NCBI RefSeq assembly: GCF_037042905.1
Contig: NC_087263.1
Span: forward strand, 1,488,001-1,552,000
DNA from: Lytechinus pictus
Lineage: Eukaryota
Direction: 5' to 3'
DNA: 64,000 nt
This document shows, piece by piece, positions 12,601 through 26,730 of this stretch. The translations under genes were made by a program, and so were the position numbers. The notes beneath the pieces were generated by a model. That model saw nothing but the letters and a program-made list of their open reading frames with translations. It was not told where the DNA came from and ran no database searches. Numbering within the stretch: the first letter of the stretch is position 1; every line of letters starts with the position of its first letter.

Positions 12601-13579
12601 ATTATGCAAAGAAGCCTGAAATTAAACAAGCCAATATCAGATCTGGCAACATTATTGGGAAGAAATGCAGATTATAAAGTCATCCTGAATTACGTGAAAA
12701 AAACAAAGAGATTCGAATAAGAATATTCCACTGATCTCTCTCCATCTCTTTCTCTCTCTCTCATCCTTTTGTTCTGATGATTAGTGATAATTCTTAGACT
12801 ACTAAAATTGAGCTTCGACCTAGCTTCTTATATACGTTTGCATACTATGAAGTACAAAAACGCACAATTTAATGGTGGTGGTAACTAATCATAATTATAT
12901 TGCACCTCGCTATATGACAGGTCAGACTAGTCTAACGCCGAGGACATTGATGCGGGAATTAAGCAACTAACTCGACTCGGAAACGACCTGGCGCAGATAA
13001 TCTACCAGATTGAAGAGCGCCAACTTAACTCCAACACCAACCAACCCGATCTCGTCACTTCGACGGCGGCTGAGGTCGGAGTCGGACGAAGAACTCCCTG
13101 CGCTCCTCTCCAACTGGGCTGAATCAAGAAAAGGTTTGGAAATGAACATTGCTCGCTTAATTTCTACTACTGCAAATACAATTCTGTATAATTGGTGACG
13201 GTGTTAATGGTGATAACATGTAAGAGATGCTGAATGTATAATTAAATTATGACCGTTGTCATAAACCAAATGTAATCATCGTCTCCAATCTGTGTGATCT
13301 ATGGAATCCGATTGACTTCTACAGTATAAGCCTTCCCATAGAGATTATACAGCCCCAATAGAAATCCTCTGTTCAGACTACCCCTCAACACTCCACCCCC
13401 ATATATTTTGGGAAAACGGAACACGCCCGGGTCTCTACATTACGCCATGTATACAGATATAAGGAAACCGCTCGCATTAAGGATGGCTAGTAATTCATCA
13501 ACGGATGAAGGTGATAGAGGCAAGGGACAAGCCGGCCCCCCAGCATCCAGGATCCGTTCAAAGATGGAGGGCCGCCACA
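9657..13579 (+). mobile_element. Gypsy solo LTR (TGTA...CACA, TSD TTAT) interrupted by a LINE
   Basis: 9657-9810 and 13049-13579 align to the LTR at 44943-45833. TTAT lies at 9653-9656 and 13580-13583. TATA box ctataaata at ~9784. Confidence 0.92.
9810..12978 (+). mobile_element. 5'-truncated I/Nimb-clade LINE (RT, RNase H, CCHC) with premature stops
   Basis: PVPWW, SYRPISLTS, DLEKAYD, GTPQGSVISP, YADD; RNase H IYTDGSK/RAELTAI/FTDSLS/WIPxHxGIxGN; CSHC-x8-H-x4-C; 3' end ttaagcaactaactc. Stops at 10411 and ~10657. Confidence 0.92.
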
Positions 13580-14195
13580 TTATCTTAAAAGTTTCTGGCC
13601 CTAAGTAATCCTAAGCAAGATCGTAAGCAATGCATGACCAATTCTGGGAATCCCAAGATACTTTACCATCAAATCCTCGAGTGGCATTTACCCTTGTCAA
13701 TCCTCGTTACGGAAGTTAAATCGAGTTAAAAATTGTAGTATTTGTTAGCTAAGGAAAATCCATATATACATGTAGGTATTCGTATAACCTTTTTTTTAAA
13801 ATAAAGATAAATGTGGAACGCATAGCTTAATTTGCCACCCTCCCCCCCCCCAAAAAAAAAATGTGAAAAACATAACAGGAAACGGAAACTGTTATTTTAT
13901 TGTCGTTCTTGTTCACAGTTGGAATGAGAAAACCGAATAACCGGGCCACAGAATTGCAGTTCATCTTTAAAGTTTCTGGCAAAAAACAATAACAATCGCA
14001 GTCTCGTAACCAGGATGAGTTCTCTGGGTTACGAGGAATCCCACCGCTTGCCAATAGCCAAAAAAAGATAGAAAAAAGAAGAAAAAATATATAAAAAAGG
14101 ACATGGGGGAAAAAATAATAAAAAAGTAAGGTGAATGAAACAAGAGGCTAAAAATTCACAAATACATAAATTATTAACGGAATCTATATGATCTA

Positions 14196-15883
14196 TTGAA
14201 ACCAGTAGATGACTCCTTTAAATCAACTTCATTCATCCGCAGTACAGATGGTGATAACATGAAACACTATACAGTCAAGGATGATTCTTTATTCTTTTCA
14301 TTTATTCTATTCCATTTCAATGTAGATAGGTTCAGATATTGTATAAACAACATATTTTGATACAAAGGTAAAATAATGTAAGTTATGTTCTCAAATTATG
14401 TTGTAATAACAAACTAATTGTTAACTGTTCATTGTTAATATTAAAGTGAAGTCCTCGTTTTTCTATTTCTTCGCTTAACTTAATGGATTGTAGCACATGT
14501 CTATGGATGGCATTCAGAAAATATGAACACAATGAAGTTCAAACTGTCATTTATGTTGACGGCGTTTTCTTGGATTATTATTATTGAGTCGACAAGCTGA
14601 TGTTTGTGCCTTTAGTTGTAGACTCCATCTTCACCCTCCGTTTCTTCTCCACCATCGTCATCGTCACCTTGATACTGGAATAAACCATCGATTTGTGAAC
14701 CATGCCTGGCTAACACTCTCTGTACGACTTTCCGGAATTCCATGCCATTCTCTAATCTTTCCGTGAGATCGGACACGATTTCATGATTGATGTCAGCGTC
14801 TTCGAGGTAAACGTTCTGCTGCAAGAACTGAGAGTAAAGATCGAAAAAGATGCGTTTGACTGCCCACATTAGTTTCACGTGAGCCTTTGCTTTAGCGTCT
14901 TCTTCTTCCATTCCTTCTGAGATGTATTAGTGATATTTTTCGTCTCTCAAGTCCTTGGTGGCCGTCATGGCTTTCTCTAACCATCCTCGATAAGCGAGGT
15001 TGTCTTCAGTTTCTTCCATGTTTGCTATCATTGACCGTCGATTCGTGTCCATCGCTTTCTGATACACTCGTTTCGGAATCATCGTTGGATTCTTCAACTC
15101 TTTGCATTTGGGAGGGTGGGTCAGAGTCTTCATCTTCACTCGTTTCTTCTCCAGTATCATGCTCATTTTGTTCATGCCTCTGCGTATCATACTTCCTACT
15201 AAAAGTTTTATCGCATCGTGAACAAGCGTAACGGTTGGACATATCCAACGTATTCATGTCGACTCAATGATTATTTGTTGGGAAATAATGAAGAAAATTA
15301 ACGTTCAACCTTGTAATTATACGTAATCATGAAACGCACGCGAAGGTACTTTGATCCTTACGGATTCTTACAGACTTTTACGGATTCTTACGGATGTTTA
15401 CGGATTTTTACGGATTCTTACGGATGTTTACGGATTTTTACGGATTCTTACGGATGTTTATGGATTCTTACGGATTCTACGGATTAATCAATGCTTTCAT
15501 ATAATCTCAAGGAAAATATGTTCATCCACGTTGGAATGACCCATGCAGCATGGATCATTCCAACGTGGATCCGTAAGGATCCGTAAAAATCTGTAAGAAT
15601 CCATAAGAATCCGTAAAAATCCGTAATGATCCGTAAGAATCCGTAAGAATCCTTAAGGATCCGTAAAAATCCGTAAGGATCCGTAAGAATCCGTAAGAAT
15701 CCGTAAACATCCGTAAGAATCCGTAAACATCCGTAAGAATCCGTAAGGATCCGTAAGAATCCGTAAACATCCGTAAGAATCCGTAAGAATCCGTAAACAT
15801 CCGTAAGAATCCGTAAGAATCCGTAAGGATCTGTAAACATCCGTAAGAATCCGTAAAAATCCGTAAACATCCGTAAGAATCCG
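14196..15883 (-). mobile_element. Older truncated copy of the fold-back Maverick derivative (broken C2H2 ORF plus inverted satellites)
   Basis: Aligns to the arm at 50238-51400. The zinc-finger ORF is fragmented (15006..15257, 14927..15190, 14612..14911). Satellites at 15350-15482 and 15568-15883 are in opposite orientations. Confidence 0.92.
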
Positions 15884-15885
15884 TA

Positions 15886-18800
15886 TATAGGGTATTTATA
15901 TTGCGCACATATCCACCTTGTTAGGTGCTCAAGGCGCTCCTAATTGCTAATGTTATGGCAAGTAAAATAAAACAAAACGATAATCCTGAAGGAATCATTA
16001 TTCCAGGAGAAAATGGAACCCAGTGTTCATAAAAAGAAATCAAAATATCGCAGCCTGCCTATGATGCAGTAATTTTTGTGAGTTCTGTTAATTCTGGTAA
16101 TATTGCGATAAAAGATATAAGGCAATTTGGAGAAATTGCAGGCCCTAAATTTAATTTAACAAAAACTCATGCAGTGTGAGATTATTAATAGTTATAAAGA
16201 TATACCCGGATTTCTGCAATATTACGTTCATGAAAACGAATGTTCCCTGTGCTGAAGCTGTCTGTGTGGACTTTCAGACACTCAAATGCACGGGACTAAC
16301 CAGTATGTCCCACAATAATTTGTAAATGCCGTTGTTCATGAGTCATCTATGTTAATCACAAATATGTCTCATTATCAAGAGCATTGGTAACCATGGTAAC
16401 AGTGCGGAGAAAATCAATCAGAGCCGAAGAAGTTGCATGACCAGCACGGAACCCGTATTGATGTAGAGATAATATATTGCACTTGTTTATGAAATCAAAA
16501 ATCTATTATGTATACAATTTTCTAAAATCTTTGAAAAAATTGGCAAGACTGATATGGGTCTGTAATTTCAAACATTTTCATTCGGACCATTTTTACTTAC
16601 TGGAACATAGTTACAGACTGCATTTTTTCCAATAACGTAAAAAAGAGCTAATCACATTCCACATGTTCATTCAAGCGTGAACGTTTAATTAAACGCCTTC
16701 GAATCATTGACGCATGTTAATTGGTCATGAACATAACGAAAAAGTTGATAAAAGATCAGTTTCAGTTACCAAAATAAAACAATACTTGCCTATGATATTT
16801 GAAAATCGTATTTTCAATAAATGTTCATTGAACCGTGAAACGATGAATATTGTTGAAGATACTCTTCCTAAAAATATATGTCATCATATTCTATCATTAA
16901 ATTGATAAAAATGTGTTTAAAAAAATCAAATTATAGCAAATTTTGACTTGTGTTTATTCAATCGTAAAATTTAACCAAAAAAGTTGTATCGTCTTTTAGA
17001 AAGTACCTTTTACAAGCCTTCTGACTATTTTTCATGATGAGAATTTGGAATCGGTTCCAATAAAATGGAATCAAAGTCATGATATTTGGCTTGTGACTTT
17101 TGAAAAGTGACATTTTTGCCTTCTGACGGTGCTCACTGAAGCATGACGTAAAATACGTCCATAACATTTACTCAGATGGTAGCTTATAAAATTACCTACA
17201 CACTCATGTAAAAATATATCAAAAACTCGCGTTGGTTCGGAAATCATTTATGTTTGTTTGTTCAAGGGGGGACTTACTTTTTTTGTGTGTATAGAACAAG
17301 GTGTAAGACAAGGCTGCCCACTCTCTTACTGTTTTTATTATTAATAATAATAATAATATAGGGTATTTATATCGCGCACATATCCACCTTGTTAGGTGCT
17401 CAAGGCGCTCCTAATTGCTGATGTTATGACAAGTAAAATAAAACAAAACGATAATCCTGAAGGAATCATTATTCCAGGAGAAAATGGAACCCAGTGTTCA
17501 TAAAAAGAAATCAAATATCACAGCTTGCTGATGATGCAGTAATTTTTGTGAGTTCTGTTAATTCTGGTAATATTGCGATAAAAGATATAAGGCAATTTGG
17601 AGAAATTGCAGGCCCTAAACTTAATTTAACAAAAACTCATGCAGTGTGAGATTATTAATAGTTATAAAGATATACCCGGATTTCTGCAATATTACGTTCA
17701 TGAAAACGAATGTTCCCTGTGCTGAAGCTGTGTGTGTGTGGACTTTCAGACACTCAAATGCACGGGACTAACCAGTATGTCCCACAATAATTTGTAAATG
17801 CCGTTGTTCATGAGTCATCTATGTTAATCACAAATATGTCTCATTATCAAGAGCATTGGTAACCATGGTAACAGTGCGGAGAAAATCAATCAGAGCCGAA
17901 GAAGTTGCATGACCAGCACGGAACCCGTATTGATGTAGAGATAATATATTGCACTTGTTTATGAAATCAAAAATCTATTATGTATACAATTTTCTAAAAT
18001 CTTTGAAAAAATTGGCAAGACTGATATGGGTCTGTAATTTCAAACATTTTCATTCGGACCATTTTTACTTACTGGAACATAGTTACAGACTGCATTTTTT
18101 CCAATAACGTAAAAAAGAGCTAATCACATTCCACATGTTCATTCAAGCGTGAACGTTTAATTAAACGCCTTCGAATCATTGACGCATGTTAATTGGTCAT
18201 GAACATAACGAAAAAGTTGATAAAAGATCAGTTTCAGTTACCAAAATAAAACAATACTTGCCTATGATATTTGAAAATCGTATTTTCAATAAATGTTCAT
18301 TGAACCGTGAAACGATGAATATTGTTGAAGATACTCTTCCTAAAAATATATGTCATCATATTCTATCATTAAATTGATAAAAATGTGTTTAAAAAAATCC
18401 AATTATAGCAAATTTTGACTTGTGTTTATTCAATCGTAAAATTTAACCAAAAAAGTTGTATCGTCTTTTAGAAAGTACCTTTTACAAGCCTTCTGACTAT
18501 TTTTCATGATGAGAATTTGGAATCGGTTCCAATAAAATGGAATCAAAGTCATGATATTTGGCTTGTGACTTTTGAAAAGTGACATTTTTGCCTTCTGACG
18601 GTGCTCACTGAAGCATGACGTAAAATACGTCCATAACATTTACTCAGATGGTAGCTTATAAAATTACCTACACACTCATGTAAAAATATATCAAAAACTC
18701 GCGTTGGTTCGGAAATCATTTATGTTTGTTTGTTCAAGGGGGGACTTACTTTTTTTGTGTGTATAGAACAAGGTGTAAGACAAGGCTGCCCACTCTCTTA

Positions 18801-21175
18801 CTGTTTTTATTATTAATAATAATAATAATATAGGGTATTTATATCGCGCACATATCCACCTTGTTAGGTGCTCAAGGCGCTCCTAATTGCTGATGTTATG
18901 GCAAGTAAAATAAAACAAAACGATAATCCTGAAGGAATCATTATTCCAGGAGAAAATGGAACCCAGTGTTCATAAAAAGAAATCAAATATCACAGCTTGC
19001 TGATGATGCAGTAATTTTTGTGAGTTCTGTTAATTCTGGTAATATTGCGATAAAAGATATAAGGCAATTTGGAGAAATTGCAGGCCCTAAACTTAATTTA
19101 ACAAAAACTCATGCAGTGTGAGATTATTAATAGTTATAAAGATATACCCGGATTTCTGCAATATTACGTTCATGAAAACGAATGTTCCCTGTGCTGAAGC
19201 TGTGTGTGTGTGGACTTTCAGACACTCAAATGCACGGGACTAACCAGTATGTCCCACAATAATTTGTAAATGCCGTTGTTCATGAGTCATCTATGTTAAT
19301 CACAAATATGTCTCATTATCAAGAGCATTGGTAACCATGGTAACAGTGCGGAGAAAATCAATCAGAGCCGAAGAAGTTGCATGACCAGCACGAAACCCGT
19401 ATTGATGTAGAGATAATATATTGCACTTGTTTATGAAATCAAAAATCTATTATGTATACAATTTTCTAAAATCTTTGAAAAAATTGGCAAGACTGATATG
19501 GGTCTGTAATTTCAAACATTTTCATTCGGACCATTTTTACTTACTGGAACATAGTTACAGACTGCATTTTTTCCAATAACGTAAAAAAGAGCTAATCACA
19601 TTCCACATGTTCATTCAAGCGTGAACGTTTAATTAAACGCCTTCGAATCATTGACGCATGTTAATTGGTCATGAACATAACGAAAAAGTTGATAAAAGAT
19701 CAGTTTCAGTTACCAAAATAAAACAATACTTGCCTATGATATTTGAAAATCGTATTTTCAATAAATGTTCATTGAACCGTGAAATGATGAATATTGTTGA
19801 AGATACTCTTCCTAAAAATATCTGTCATCATATTCTATCATTATATTGATAAAAATGTGTAAAAAAAATCCAATTATAGCAAATTTTGACTTGTGTTTAT
19901 TCAATCGTAAAATTTAACCAAAAAAGTTGTACCGTCTTTTAGAAAGTACCTTTTACAAGCCTTCTGACTATTTTTCATGATGAGAATTTGGAATCGGTTC
20001 CAATAAAATGGAATCAAAGTCATGATATTTGGCTTGTGACTTTTGAAAAGTGACATTTTTGCCTTCTGACGGTGCTCACTGAAGCATGACGTAAAATACG
20101 TCCATAACATTTACTCAGATGGTAGCTTATAAAATAACCTACACACTCATGTAACAACAATCAAAAACTCGCATTGGTTCGGAAATTATTGATGTTTGTT
20201 CAAGGGGGACTTACTTTTTTGTTGTGTATAGGACAAGGTGTAAGACAAGGCTGCCCAGGCTCTCTTACTGTTTTTATTAATAATAATAATAATAATATAG
20301 GGTATTTATATTGCGCACATATCCACATTGTTAGGTGCTCAAGGCGCTCCTAATTGCTGATGTTATGGCAAGTAAAATAAAACAAAACGATAATACTGAA
20401 GGAATCATTATTCCAGGAGAAAATGGAACCCAGTGTTCATAAAAAGAAATCAAAATATCACAGCTTGCCTATGATGCAATAATTTTTGTGAGTTCTGTTA
20501 ATTCTGGTAATATTGCGATAAAAGATATAAGGCAATTTGGAGAAATTTCAGGCCCTAAACTTAATTTAACAAAAACTCATGCAGTGTGAGATTATTAGTA
20601 GTTATAAAGATATACCCGGATTTCTGCAATATTACGTTCATGAAAACGACTGTTCCCTGTGCTGAAGCTGTGTGTGTGGACTTTCAGACACTCAAATGCA
20701 CGGGACTAACCATTATGTCCCACAATAATTTGTAAATGCCGTTGTTCATGAGTCATCTATGTTAATCACAAATATGTCTCATTATCAAGAGCATTTGTAA
20801 CCATGGTAACAGTGCGGAGAAAATCAATCAGAGCCGAAGAAGTTGCATGACCAGCACGGAACCCGTATTGATGTAGAGATAATATATTGCACTTGTTCAT
20901 GAAATCCAATAATCTATTATGTATACACTTTTCTAAAATCTTTGAAAAAAATGGCAACTTATGGGTCTGTAATTTCAAACATTTTCATTCGGCACATTTG
21001 TACTTACTGGAACAACACGAGCAATCTCTAATTCATCAGTTAATATACCGAGATCTAAACACTGATTGAATATTGCACAAAAGGGTTGACATAAAATATG
21101 TATTGATTTCTTTATAACATTGTTACTTATATCATCATACCCAGGACTGCAATCACTTGTTATGTTTGACACAAT
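15886..21175. repeat. Tandem array of ~1472-bp chimeric units (~3.6 copies)
   Basis: Unit starts at 15886, 17357, 18829 and 20296; near-identical short ORFs at 16714/18186/19658. Each unit is SINE tail + Tx1 RT piece + inverted CR1 RT piece + DNA-transposon right end. Confidence 0.97.
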
Positions 21176-22510
21176 CTTAAAGAGAAAAAAAGGCAGGGGC
21201 AAAATGTTCACGAAACAAAACTAGATTGGTTGCAAAGTTGGTAATTTGTTTGTTTATGCATGATCCATTTTCGCTTATGGCAGTTTGTTGTATGTTTTTT
21301 TCTTTCATTTTGGACAAGCATAGCTTTTTAAGGATTTTGTATTTCAATACTTGTGAAAAAAGGAATATATGTTTTTAAAATGTGATATTTTATTTAAATT
21401 CACAAATATCGCAAGAAATAAATTAAGTTTGGAAAAGAAAAACGAAGACAACTGATTGTATATTCGAAAATACTCATGCAACAAGAATATGCTGATACAT
21501 ATTGTATTAATATACATGTAAACTATTTGTGCTTTTGCAACTGACAGTCAGATGGCCATTGGTAATAGTTGATACTGATTTGAATCATTCTTATTTCTCT
21601 TCGAAAGAAATATCGAAGTTGAAATATACATTTTTTTTTCATTCTTCGAAATCGTCTGTTTAGGGACGACAGCTATAAAAGAAATTATTAATTACATAGA
21701 TTTGGTTTGGAGTGAACATTTGGCAGTTTTGCCGATTGTTGCAAAAGTAATGACTTATTGATATTACTGTGAAGAATTAAAATTGAAGGTTCCTTCATTA
21801 TTTTTTTATCCTCTTGGATTCTTGGCCTGTTAAAAAAATTCATGCTAGGAAGAAAAAGTTTAGAAAGAAAACATGAATCGAAATTTAAAAACTTGGAGTG
21901 TATATTGAAAAATGAGGACATTTATAATGAAGAGGGAATTATTATGTAACAGTAAATTTTGCTGGCCTAATTTTATGTAATCTGTACTCGTACTTTTGGT
22001 TTTCCATACTTTATTGTTTACATTTAACTTGTTTATTTCCATTCCAACTCATCTCATCCTTCTTTCCATCCTCACAATCCACATACATTGTCATGATCTC
22101 ATCCTTCATTCCATCTCCACAATACATCTCACATAGCAACACAGGTTCATTGCATTTCATTCTTTCATTCGGTTTCCCCTCAGTCATGCTTCCTGGTGTT
22201 CCATTAGCTTTCCACTCCACATGGTCTTATTGTTTAATTCTCATTAGGATTCAGTTTAACTCATGATCACCCTTCTCTATTCTCTGATTGGTTCTTATTT
22301 TTAAATAGGGTTAGTTCATTTTCGAGTTCATACCATTTTCCTTGTATTTGACTGGTTGATTTCTATGATTATCCAATGTGGGTACATTGGCAGAACTTCC
22401 CAGAAGATAAGATTGAAAATTAAAGTCAGTGCTGATCTGGACTTCATCGTGTTAACTTCTGATTTATTCTGTGTTCACCCTATCTTCAGTTTAATAATTT
22501 TGGTTTAATT

Positions 22511-23400
22511 CAGGGGCGTAGACAACGGGGGGGGGGGGGGGGGGTGAGGGGGATGCATCCCCCACCTCACAAGGTGGGGGGGGTGGCATGTACAATCATC
22601 CCCCCCAGGTTTTGGGGAATGATATTTGGTTACTTAATAAGTCATACTGATGATAATAATAGTAATAATAATAATTATAACAATTATAATATTAATAATA
22701 ATAATAATACTGTTTATGTTTTTTTGTATCTGTATGTTAATGAGCCGCCAGCCAATGTCCATCTATGGATACTACATGTATGCCTGTTTCTTTGAGGTAT
22801 AAAAAAGCATAGTATGTACGTATTCATTATGCTTTATAATGAACAGACATATTGTTATTTGTTTGTTGTTTATGTGTTCTATTCACAAATGGCCAGAGGC
22901 TGTTTTCATTCATAACCACATACCCATATCAAGACAACAAAGACTATACCTGCGTGTACACAGTTGACATTGGTTTTTTTTCTGAAGAGGTGTAACAGCA
23001 AAATTCACAGAGATAAATAAATAAGTAGTGTGGTTCAATATGCAATGCTATGTGTCAGTCCATTCTGTATTCGTATGCCACGGTGTGTAGATCTTGTCGA
23101 TGTATGTCTGTCCATTCAAGGCGTAGTATGTGTGTGGTGCGCGCACCCGTGTGTGTGTGTGTGTATGTGTGTGTGTGCGTGCACGCTTGTGTGTGTTATT
23201 TTACCTCATTAAGTATGCATCAGATTGCACGATTTCAAGTTCAAAATTGCAAAAGCTCCCTACCGTGGGAGGGGGGACACCCCCCTCCCACATCCTCCCC
23301 CCGCTCGGTCGCTTCGCTCCCTCGCTCGGGCGCTTTGCGCCCTCACTAGCGTTGCAGCCCAGTCATCCCCCCCAGGTGTACGAACCTGTCTACGCCACTG
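22511..23400. mobile_element. Non-autonomous hAT-like element with 8-bp TSD GTTTAATT
   Basis: TIRs caggggcgtagaca / tgtctacgccactg. gtttaatt at 22503-22510 and 23401-23408. Confidence 0.9.
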
Positions 23401-26323
23401 GTTTAATTAAAGTAAGGAGAGCTTTGGAGATTGAATTTACAGGAGAGCATAGGAGACTTAAGTGCAAGAGTTTATGATATTGGAAGTGTACAAACGGTCA
23501 TGTTACAGCACCAACAGCATGAAATGTAGAAACTGTAAACAGACTGGCCACGTATACAACACTTGCACATCAAACGGAGACACAGCCACACCCAGCGAGT
23601 AACGTAACACCACAGCTGATCGTGAACCCGTGAGAACGCCATGAAAGCCGGACCCACATCACGTGATCAAGCCGCGACAGCCAATGGGGCTCGCCCGAAG
23701 GAGAGAATGCATACGCCACAGAGGTATACACAACAAGCTGACGCAACGTCACCTTCTCGCAAACAACGTCAACCACACATCACGGGCTTTCTTCGTACAC
23801 ACATCGTCACAGTCTGATGAGCAATATAACACAAAAGACGTAGCAAATGAATGCGATTTAGGAGACGAAACATCGAGCGAGGCCGACCAGTTTCAATCGC
23901 CTTTCTCACCTGAAACCCCGACACCGAAAAATTCCAACAAAAAACCTCCGAAGCGGAAAAGAAAGGATCAAACACAGGAAGATAAATTGATCGAAACAAA
24001 TGATGGAAAAGAATGAAAGAACGCCGGAAAACTCAACCCTACTAGCATGGCTATTAACTCGGTCGATTTCGGTCAATGTCAGAGGAATACGAAATAAAAA
24101 GAAACGAGAAAAAATATTCAAATGGTTAGGCTTTCAAAAATATATCGTTTTGATGCAAAAAAAAATATAACCAAGGACCTTGGACCAATATTAAATATAG
24201 AAAGAAAATGTTCATTATTTTTTAACAATGGTACCAACCATTCAAAGGGTGTTTTAATTGGAATAAATGATGGTTTACCTATATAAATCATAGAATGTAT
24301 TAGACAGCCCGGTGGCCGTGTGATTGGTATTTGATTATCTTACAGCAATAAGTTTTATTTTATTGTAAATGTTTATGCTCTGACAAAACCATCGGAAAAG
24401 TCGAATTTTTAAAGGTTTACTTTCATGACTGAAAGCACAAGTACATAAAGATGATTTGCTATTATTGGGTGGAGACTGGAATTCAGTTCAAAGTTCATGT
24501 ATGGACACCAAAGGAATAGGTTATGCATTTAAACCTAATGACCTGTTGCAAAATATATGTAAAAAGTTAAACTTAGTAGACATCTGGATAAAATGTCACC
24601 CTTCACTCAAACAATTTACTTGGCGGCAATACTTACTTGGCTATTACTACCGATTAGACTATTGGTTGATATCATATAATTTATGTTCATTTGTTCATTC
24701 CGCAAATATAAGACCCATTCTGAAATGTGATCACAACGCTGTGTCTCTAAAACTTACAATTTCATCTTCAGGTAAGGGCAAAGGTATATGGAAATTAAAT
24801 AACTCACTTCTTAGAAACGACATATTTAAAGAAACAATCAGAAATATCATAAAGAAAGTAAAACTAAAATATAAAAACTATAATGATCAAATGTTATGGG
24901 ATTTATGCAAGATTAAGATCAAAGAATATTCAATAAAATACTCAAAGACAATACAGAAGAATAGAAACCAAATAAATAATACCTTGCAAAGTAAGCTTGA
25001 AATCCTTTCGGAAGCAAATGATGCTCACCCGAGTGACAATAATCTCACTGAACTTAACGATATTACTAAGCAGATTGATAAATTAATTGAAGATAAATGT
25101 AAAGGTGCCTTTGTGAGACCCCGTGACAAATGGATGGAAGAAAGCGAAAAATCATCAAAATATTTTCTCAACTTGGAAAAAAGGAACGGGATAAAGAAGC
25201 ATCTAGACTTTTTGAAACGGGATAAAGATGTCATTTTTGAGGAAGAAGCCATTTTAAAAGAAATCTATGAATACTACCAAAATCTATATTCAAATAAGAA
25301 TAATGTTCTTGTAACAGAAATATATGATTATTTGAATGATGTTTAGTTTACTACCCTGTCGGAATAAGAAGCTGACCTTTGTGAAGGTTTACTTACAGAA
25401 TCCGAGTGTTACAAAGTATTGAAGTCAATGAAAAGTAACAAGACTCCAGGTAGTGATGGATTATCAGCAGAGTTTTATCAATGTTTTGGCTGGGCATAAA
25501 GTATATGGTTATCAATAGTTTGAATGAAGGTTACAGAAAGAATAAGATATCAGAATCTCAAAAGCAAGGTATTTTGAAATTGTAACATAAAAAAGGTGAC
25601 AGAGGTTTACTTGACAATTGGCGTCCTATATCACTTCTAAACATCGATTACAAAATTGCAGCCAAAGTCATTTGTTGACGTCTTCAACGTGTTATCGATA
25701 AAATCTAAGGATCAAACTGGTTATCTAAAATTGCGTTCAGCTTCAGAAAATGTTCGTTTAGTTGAAAATGTAACTGATCTTTGTTCACTGGTAAATTCCA
25801 GGTTCCAGGTTATTTCATATATTTAGATTTCAAAAAAGCTTTTGATAATGTTAACCATCAATCTTTATTTCAGTTATTACATGAATTGAAATTCAAAGAT
25901 TCACTTATTAATTGAATTAAAGTTCTGTATAATGATGCTTCCGGAATAAGAGTGATTAATAACGGGTGGATGCCACAAAATATACACAACAAAAAAAGTA
26001 AGTCCCCCTAAATCAAATTGCTGTAACTTTTGAACAGAATTATTTTGAGATATGATATTTCGGAGGTGGTTTTATACACTCATTGAGCAACCCCTAGGGA
26101 AAAATGAGATTTATCGGTTGAGTCAGGCATGATTAATTAAAGATTGAATCAAAAATGACCATTTTTGAAAGTCACAAGAGTCGTTTTTCAGATTATGCAA
26201 ATACAAAGTTGGGCAAAAGTTGTTGTTAGGTGAGTTGTGTTAATACTGTTTTACAATCCATCATTTAGCCACTCCACACACAATTTGATATCGTATGTTC
26301 ATGGTTGAGAGATCACAATATTG

Positions 26324-26462
26324 CAGGGGCTGCAGAAGCGGGGTGAGGGGATGGGGGCTAGGGGCCCACCACTTTTTTCCAAAAGCATGTACAAAAATGT
26401 AAAAATGACCACTTTTGGCTAGGCCCCTCCCCCACACTTTGAAAACCGTTCCGTGGGCCCTG
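26324..26462. mobile_element. Short MITE (5-bp flanking repeat TATTG); a related copy lies inverted at ~38355-38513
   Basis: caggggc ... gggccctg flanked by tattg. Shares tttgaaaaccgttccg with 38363-38378 (reverse complement). Confidence 0.6.
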
Positions 26463-26730
26463 TATTGTGACGTATCATAACAGGGGTTTTTGTTAGCATC
26501 CTCTACAACTTATTAGTTCATATCAAAATTTAAAAATGTCGGTGGCTCCCCCCATTATAGGCCCCTCCCCATTTTTAAATTATGGATCCACCCCTTATTT
26601 GTCCATGAATTAAACTGATCATGATAATTTTTTAGGAAAAGAACACATTTATGACGTGTAAAGAGTATTCATTCCTAAGTTTTTGAATATGCTCGCTCAA
26701 CCATGAAAAAGTTAAAAGTTCGGAAAGTGT

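Larger units (their letters stand above)
9295..13980. repeat. Two diverged ~380-bp tandem units (about 9295-9656 plus 13584-13600, and 13601-13980), the first split by the solo LTR
   Basis: aatgcatgaccaat..gggaatcc..gttacggaagttaaa..ttgttcacagttggaatgagaaaaccgaa occurs in both units. Removing the LTR restores cagaattgtagtttatcttaaaagtttctggc, which matches 13950-13980. Confidence 0.85.

Noticed and set aside
21960-22500. Purine-rich minus-strand stretch that looks like degraded coding sequence
   Set aside because: It has multiple stops, no recognisable domain and no clear splice sites.
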